A DNA stretch of 58,266 bases from Anthoceros angustus (lineage: Eukaryota > Plantae > Anthocerotophyta). The stretch is from contig MU008224.1 in assembly GCA_010909165.1 (NCBI GenBank), forward strand, positions 1 through 58,266. The letters run 5' to 3'. Made by a program: the position numbers and the translations under genes. This document shows, one piece after another, positions 51,143 through 58,266 of this stretch; within the stretch, counting starts at the first letter, position 1, and every line of letters begins with the position of its first letter. The notes beneath the pieces were generated by a model. That model saw only the letters and a program-made list of their open reading frames with translations, did not search any database and was not told the DNA's origin.

Positions 51143-53049
51143 AATTTAAAATATCAATTTAATACAATACTTATGTCTAACCCTATTCCATCGGCCCTAG
51201 ACTCTTTAGAGGGCTGTAGTAAGAAGTTGGGTGATTCTCCTATCTTTAGGTTCTGCTAGCTATTGCAATTTTGCGGTATGCGTCGACTTGTCTCTTTGAG
51301 TCTTCAAGATGCTTTAATTAAGTTCTTGTGGGAATTGCAAAGAATAAACATTTAAGTTGTATGAATCTGAAAATCCTTATAAGAATCTTGTCATGAATTT
51401 ATAAGAAATTCAAAGGTTACTTATTAGTAATCTACCACCTAGTAAGACATGTCCTAAACCACCATCTTATCCTCTAGTTTCTTGTGTGCTCACTACAAAG
51501 TTTGACTCAAGTTTGTGTCCAACTCACATCAAAAAAGATTAGAACGAGAAAATGAACATTGAAAGCAACTTATTGTGTTTCCTTATATAGAAGAATTGGT
51601 ATTTAAAGTATAGAATTAGGTTATTGTGATCAAAGTAAAATACCTTCACAATATTTAACTAAATAAATAGCTCTAAAATTATTCTACAAGTATTTTTCTC
51701 ATAAAATGAATCCCAAGTTATCATAAATTTCTTAAAAAGCGCAAAATGGGGAAGGCCTTATGAGATTAATTAGTTCAAATGATGTTCTGCACTTGCTTGG
51801 TGCAAACTCCGCACTTTGTGAGTAGCTAAATGATATATAAAAGTTTTCAAAGACTATATTGACTTGACTACCAACAACATGCAAGATAATATAGTTCCTA
51901 ATAAGCCTAAAATGTTTTTTATAGGTGGAATAATTATACTTAAATAGGAAATAACTAGATATTATCATTTTCTCTGGGACTATCAGTAGCAATGTTTATG
52001 CCCCTACATTTTGCTAGGGGAAAGTGTTCAATCAAAGGTTTAAAGTGGAGGTTACTAACCATAGAGTGAACATCCCAAGTGTTGATGCCTTCAATCACCT
52101 CGACGTAGCCTGTATATGGATTGAGCATAAAATTTAGTTCATATAGAGAAAATTGTGATTGCATCTGCAAATACGCACAATGAAAAAACTATGTAGCTTA
52201 GCAACTTGAATATCTTATCAACAACTCCTTATGACACGCATCGTTTTGCTCAAGAGATCAATATGGACATAAGTTTGAACATGAGCGCATGAAATGGATT
52301 ATTGAGGAACCTTGTTGATAGAATTTTCTTGATTTTGATTATATATTTTTTGGTTTCTGACTTGGTATGCCTCCTCTACAAACTAACTAACTTCAATCTC
52401 TTCCACGGTCAACTATTTCTTGCGATTGCTTTGGTAAAATTTGTAGTTTTATAAAATTTACAGTGTATAAACATGGTTTGATATATATGTCTATAAAATT
52501 ATATTTTTTATTGGTTTTGAAAAGGATTGTAGTCTCTTGGAGTTTGGGAGTGAGGAGAAAATTTGAACTTAGAAGATGTGCAGCACAAACATCAGTGTAG
52601 GAATTTGGGTGAGAAATCGTGATGCTAAGCATCTTGTCTCAAATATCGATGTATGTTACCATAAGAGCGACAAAATTGATAGAATTGCATATCAAGAATA
52701 ATGGAGCTGACACCTACCTTTATCAAAGAACACTCATTTCGCTTAGTTAGAGAGAGAGTACTTTAAATTTTTGACTAAGCAAACTACAAAATTTTGTCAA
52801 AAGAATAATTTTCACAAATCCAAAAAAACAATAGTGTAGACTCAAAAGTGAGTGAAAGCATCAAATTTTTCAAACACTAAATTTTTTTAATATTTATTTC
52901 GGGGGTTGTGGCTCAACATGTTTGCGCATATTCATATCAGCATCCGAGTTCGGATATCTTTTCTTTGGAGGGTTTGAGCATGTGACACTAATCTCTAGAG
53001 GGAAAGAAGACTTTCTTATGAAAAAGAGATGGGAAAAACCCATCCACCC

Positions 53050-56000
53050 CAAAAACAAAAGGAGAAAAAACCTTGGCACCATGCCAGGGGGACTAGCCCC
53101 CACGATCACGCATTTCAAAACCACCAACCGCCTGAAGAACTTCGTGATCAGGCATGTGAAAAGGCCTCCTTACCACCGGTGTCGAAGAAGTTGCATCTCC
53201 CGCGCTCGTTGTTGTTCTATACACTGCGTTAGCCAACGCTCTTTGCAGAGCTATGGAAACCCTCTGCCGGAAGAAAGCAACAATACAAGAAAGAGGGAGG
53301 CCAACCCCATTTCTGCGGCTATGATAAGCCTTGGGCGCATGCCTTGACGAACCTAGAGAAATCCTTGCCCATGGCTCCGTGAGTCTCAATGGCAAGGGGG
53401 CACTACTAGGAAAACGTATCCTTTACAACGGAATTTACTACGGATATTACTACAGAATTACTACACCTGTAGTAAAATGCCCGTTGTAAACACATAGCGT
53501 TAATTTCCGTGGTAATGTCTTCACACCGTATACCATGGCTATATACCGTGTCGTATGACATACATACGATATACTTCTGAGTTGACCGTGTACATCAGTT
53601 AGGGTTTAACTACGATTCACTTTACAACAACAATTACTACGATTGATCTACAGCATTTACAACAACTGTAATCGTGGTTAATAAAATATGGTTAAGTAAC
53701 CAATGTGAATTAACTCAAGTTTATTAACTGAAGTTAAATAACAGTAGTTATAAACCATAGTTATGTAACCATGGTTAGGTTAATCAGTGAACTGTAGTTA
53801 TAACGGGCCGTTGTAAAACACCTGGCTGCAAAATAAGGCGCGTAGTAAAAATCTGATGTAATCAGGACCGTAGTAAAGTAAATACGGATTTATATTGCTG
53901 TAGTAAAGTGCACTCGTTGTAGTAAAATGAAGGAGTGCTAGGCGGGTGTGTGGGTTATGGGGTACCGAATTCGGGATTGCACCTACATCCTACAATATAT
54001 TAGACTCCCAGCCCCTACATGCTACACGGGGCATCTAAGAATTTTCTCCACCCAGCACCTCAACTCAAAGACCGTGCCCCAAAGGTTTGCCACCTGCAAA
54101 AAGAGAACCACGAACTTAAATCAGTTCAAGTTCACAGAACTTCAGGCTATCACAAAATAGACACAATAGTCCTGGACAACGACCTAACCAGAATCATGCT
54201 CAAGCATCCTCAGCTTGTCTTGCAACTTTCTGGGAAGATAATGCCCCACCATCCACCGTCATCTATGACATTCTGCTTTAGGATGGCCTCCATGACCTTC
54301 TCATCGCACTCCTTGATGGAATAGCCTGCATCCTTCAACAAGGTCCACACATTAATCGCCTTGTCCTTCTGCCCCTTTGAGTCCACTTGCAGACCCAAAG
54401 CTGGAGTTCTAGTTCCAGACTGCATCCAAAACTCTTTCAACTTTATAAGCCAAGCCCCATGATTGGGTATCGCATTCATCGGTTGGGTAACCTGCCTCAA
54501 CCAACTGGTTTCACACGTTAATAGCAGTGTCAATCCCCTGTGAGTTAACCTGTGGACCCAAAGCAGGACTTGTGATTTTGGAATTCATCCAAAACGCTCG
54601 CTTCACCAGCCAATTTCCGTGAACTGTACCAACAGCTCTGATCTCATCCACGGTTGGCTCCCTCCCAAACTTTCCTCTGAACCTATCCAGAAAACCACGC
54701 TGCCCCCATGGCCAAAGCATGTGTAGGTATTGCTACCTGTATCCTTCACCCTCTTCATGGCACCCTCCTCCCTAGCACAAAATAGAAAGTTCAACTGCTT
54801 TGATCATGCGGCAGCACCTACGGTCCCCTATGTCTGCCCTAGGATTGAGAAACACAGCACAGCAAAACTCCAGCTCACATGCAAAGCTTGTAGCACACGG
54901 CCTCGCTCACTCGCGATGCCAGATTGAAAATCAAAGCAAATGCAGCAAGAGCAAAACCCTGCTGTTCGAAACTTTCAAACGCAATCAGTCCCTGGATAGG
55001 GCTCCAAATTGGACACACAGTATACCATTAGACTCGCCTCATCAAGGCGAGCAGTTTGGTATAAGAATCAACGGCAACCGACCTGTAACGCGGGCGCTAT
55101 GACCCCTGGAAGGTTGGAAACCCCAAACTTGTTGGATCAGCGTTGCTGTGGCTGCAACGCTGCTGCGGCTAGTGAGGCGGGGAGGTGGTGCCTTGCTGTG
55201 GGTGCGTAGCCACCTGCTCTAAGCCCAGACGCACTCAGATCTCGCAGTTAGTCGTCGAAGTGACATGAAATCTGCTCACGTGCAGGTTTCTAGGAGTCGT
55301 GGGAACGACTTTGTTGATGGGCTGCCTGCACCAGGCAGCTTGAGTCGGTAAGTCGCACCTGGCACTGCAGCGGGACACAGAAACATCAATCCTTGCAACC
55401 CTTGAGCCCAAATCTGGCTGGAACAACGAAAGCACTTGAGTTTCTAAGATAGCTGCAGGCACTCTCCTTGGCGCGACTTCGACGACTAGCTGCCTCCATC
55501 TCCATCTCCAGGGTTTAGCGTGGCGGCCATGGCTGGCGTCAGCGATTCTGGTGCGGGCTTGCCTCTCTGAGTCATGATACGAGACGAAGGGTTTTCCATA
55601 CACTTGTACAGCGTCTCCCTTGACCGCGGTGTGAAACGCCGGCGGGAAATGACTCATAGTCAGGACTTCCCGCCATTAGGTTGAGCAGGAATTTCGCAGC
55701 ACTCGCCAGCATGTTTTTGCATGATGTTTTTGCTCTGGTGGGAATGGAGCTCAAACCCTGGATATGGCTTGGTGAATTAGCACATTATCATTGCATTTAT
55801 AGCCTTCTTCTTCCTTGGATATCGGTGATAATAGGACTTTACCCGAACCCTAGACCTCAAGCTAGCATATTCCATGCGAATCCCGAAGCCCAAGGTTACT
55901 TTAACCAAACCCTAACCCTCATCCGACATATTCAACTCGATTTTCGAAGGCCAAGGTTAATTTGACCCAAACCCTAATCCTCGGCCACACTTCTCCTCGG

Positions 56001-57270
56001 CCATATGTGGGAATAGTGCAGAAAATTTTAAAGGTTGACTTTGGGTTGTCATCAACAGCTAATTTTTTAAAGGTTAAGTGGTTCAAACTAGTTTATGAGG
56101 ATGCAAATGATCACGGAAGGGATTGAAGAAGGACAATTCGGAATGCACATAGTGAACCCTAGATCTTGTTATCCTTCTACCGAGTTCAAGATGATCCCTT
56201 TACCCTTGTGTCACCCAAACTAATTCAAACTTTTTGTATGACAATAAAGTGGTTGTCGGGACCAGCGTGGAAAAACGTTGTCTTTGAAGAAAATATGGAT
56301 GCATAGGGATGTGGATGCATATGGAGGATTTTTCAGCATGTCCCGCTTGTTCTCGTTTAGGGTCGGCCTAGCCCAAGCCATGGCGATGTCCCTCTACTTT
56401 TTCTTTTAGGGTAAAAGATGTGGGTTATCATCAAAACCCATTCTAAATTAGTGTTGTTGTAAACCCGGTGTCTAGTCGTAAAGGGTCTTGTTGAAAACCC
56501 TACAGTGTGTAGTAAACTATGGGATGTTGTAAAATACCATTGGCATGTTGTAAAAGAACCCGTTGTAATGGAGAAAGTCTGTAGTAAATTGATGGCCGTA
56601 GTAAACAAACATGCCATCGTTGTAACGTCCATAAGCTCTGTAAGTAACAAGTGCCGTAGTAAAATCCATTTTGTTTTGCCACGTCACATTGCGCCTTTGG
56701 CAAAACAATAATAAAGTTGGAATGAGGTTTAGTAAATTCAGGGCTATACTTGAAAATAATACATGGACTTGAAACGGTGCCTTCAATTGACGTAGTAAAA
56801 TGGGCAGTCGTGGTAAAATGCACCCCTGTTGTAAAACTGCAATTAGTAAAAGTATACTTTTCCTAGTAGTGGGGACAAAGGCGTGGTCGTCCTGCATAGG
56901 AGAGTACTTGTGGACCTTAGCCGTCGCGCATCCCTCCACCGCCCAACCTGGAGGGTTAAGGATAACATGTTCGCAGACACTCTCCCGGGTGGGATCCATT
57001 ACCACCACATCAACAACCGAAATCTGATCCCCCCGGGTCAAAAATAGGTCTGCCCTAAGCGAGACCCCATTGAGCAAGGTGTAAGGGCGCTCCCTAAATG
57101 GAAGGAACTCGCAAATTTAGTTCAAGCCGGGCGGCATCGTGATGGAGAAATTCTTTGGTGCTATGCGGGCACTTTGAATACTAGGTCGAGCAGAAGCCAT
57201 GAACATCCCCTTTCTGAGCAAGGCGGAGGCAGGCCAGTGGGCCTAAGAATGGAGGAATCATGGAGGAGGG
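53050..57270 (-). mobile_element. 3' fragment of an RLE-type (CRE-like) non-LTR retrotransposon: zinc knuckle + restriction-like endonuclease, split by CACTA copy 2
   Basis: Removing 53401-56874 gives ..GLP.PC..CS..KCPH..HHDAAR.. RADLFLTRGDQISVVDVVVMDPTR..AKVHKY..HAFVPLAIETHGAMG..FFRQRVSIALQRALA. This is the RxD..D..K..KY..F.P.A.E..G..QR.S.ALQR pattern. Confidence 0.85.
53401..56871 (+). mobile_element. Non-autonomous CACTA DNA transposon, copy 2
   Basis: Perfect TIR CACTACTAGGAAAA...TTTTCCTAGTAGTG. TSD GGG (53398-53400 and 56872-56874). Colinear and highly similar to copy 1. Confidence 0.95.
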
Positions 57271-57299
57271 CCAATTCGCCTACCCATCTTTGTTTCTCC

Positions 57300-57610
57300 G
57301 GGAGGGATGCAGAGCCCACCCATGCATGCCGTCCTCCACTCGAGTCGTCACGTGGCGTCGCCTGGTCGTCCCTTCAACTTCTAAGTTACTTTCCTGGCGT
57401 GCTTACCTGGTCACAGGTGGGTCCGGACTTATCCGTTATGCGCCTACCCTAGTAGGTCAGTGCGTTCCTCACTCGGTCCGGAGTATACTCGGAGGGCGTC
57501 AGGAGTGCTATCCATGCTTATTTCCCCTTTTCGCCTCATTTTATCCTTCACTCCTACGAAAAACAAAACCCTACCTATTTTCTAACCCCAAGGGAAGTCC
57601 GTAGTCCACA
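57300..57610 (-). repeat. Diverged LTR terminus (U3 side) related to the giant LTR family
   Basis: Colinear with ~6655-6958 (CTCCACTCG..CACGTGGCG, GTTACTTTCCTGGCGT, CGGACTTATCCGTTA, GGAGTATACTCG, TTATCCTTCA, AAACCCTAC). Ends GTAGTCCACA. Confidence 0.85.
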
Positions 57611-58266
57611 TGTGAAGTGTACTTGGGAGATGAAAGTAGTGCCACTAGTCTGCAGATTCTTGGCAAAGGCGTTGGCAAGTTTCCATTGCATGATGATTGA
57701 ATGTTAGTCCTTCCAGACGTCTTATATGTGCCTAAGATGGCCAAGAATCGATTTCCTTGAGCCAACTTATGAAGATGAAGGAACTTCAACTTACCGCTTC
57801 TGGCGACTCATGTTGTTTCTTCCAAGAACCGCTCCTCTCACATGTATCTTCAAGGCTACTCTTGATTCGATCCGTATTGCTTGGATATCTCCTATACACG
57901 CCGAGAACATGCTTACTCGAGTTGGCAACCTTCATGCCAGAGCCAAATTGTGGCACGCACGTTTAGGTCATGTCAATCGGACTAAACTTATTGACTCCTC
58001 TAAACAGGACTGCTACAGAGAGCCCTTACCTCGTTGTTTCAAGGAACTGCCAGCATGTGGCATTTGCGCCCTTGCGAAGCAACGAGAAACTCCTTTTCCA
58101 CAAGTTCCAGCATACACAACTTCTTCTGTTCTCGAATTGGTGCATGCTGATATTTCAAGCCGACTCCAAGTTCCATCTCTTGGCGGCGCAGAATACTATT
58201 TCACTCGATCGATGATCACGATCGTTATACCGGACCTACCCTATGAAGCATAAGAACGAGACAATT
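57611..58266 (+). mobile_element. Second Ty1/copia pol fragment (protease end, GAG-pre-integrase, integrase start)
   Basis: VYLGD..ILGKG..DVLYVPKMAKN, LWHARLGHVN..CGICALAKQ..PFP, LELVHADI..SLGGAEYY. Confidence 0.92.

Overview
Eukaryotic, land-plant-type DNA. Short GT-AG introns and the TE families present point to a seed-free plant such as a lycophyte, fern or bryophyte (inference). Most of the window is nested transposons. A Ty1/copia element (1-37955, +) is split in its RNase H region by a 35-kb Ty3/gypsy block (2352-37318, -) flanked by one 5-bp TSD (GCGTG). The block is a tandem LTR-internal-LTR-internal-LTR array of a non-chromovirus, Athila-like element with a tRNA-Asp PBS. Its 4.3-4.6 kb LTRs appear to carry their own ~1,000-aa ORF. 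A 3.45-kb non-autonomous CACTA element occurs twice (27694-31147 and 53401-56871). Gene-like sequences on the right are: a RecX pseudogene fragment, an SPT16 N-terminal-domain-only copy, a small membrane protein, an intron-containing RecX, an intronless CAMK-group kinase, and a bacterial-type N4/N6 DNA methyltransferase with a 58-nt intron. The right end holds a CRE-like non-LTR endonuclease fragment joined to a related LTR end, then a second copia fragment. Repeat copies differ by many 1-2 nt deletions, which looks like unpolished long-read error, so many frameshifts may not be real. The top leads are the LTR-embedded gene with retrovirus-like splice signals and the DNA amino-methyltransferase.
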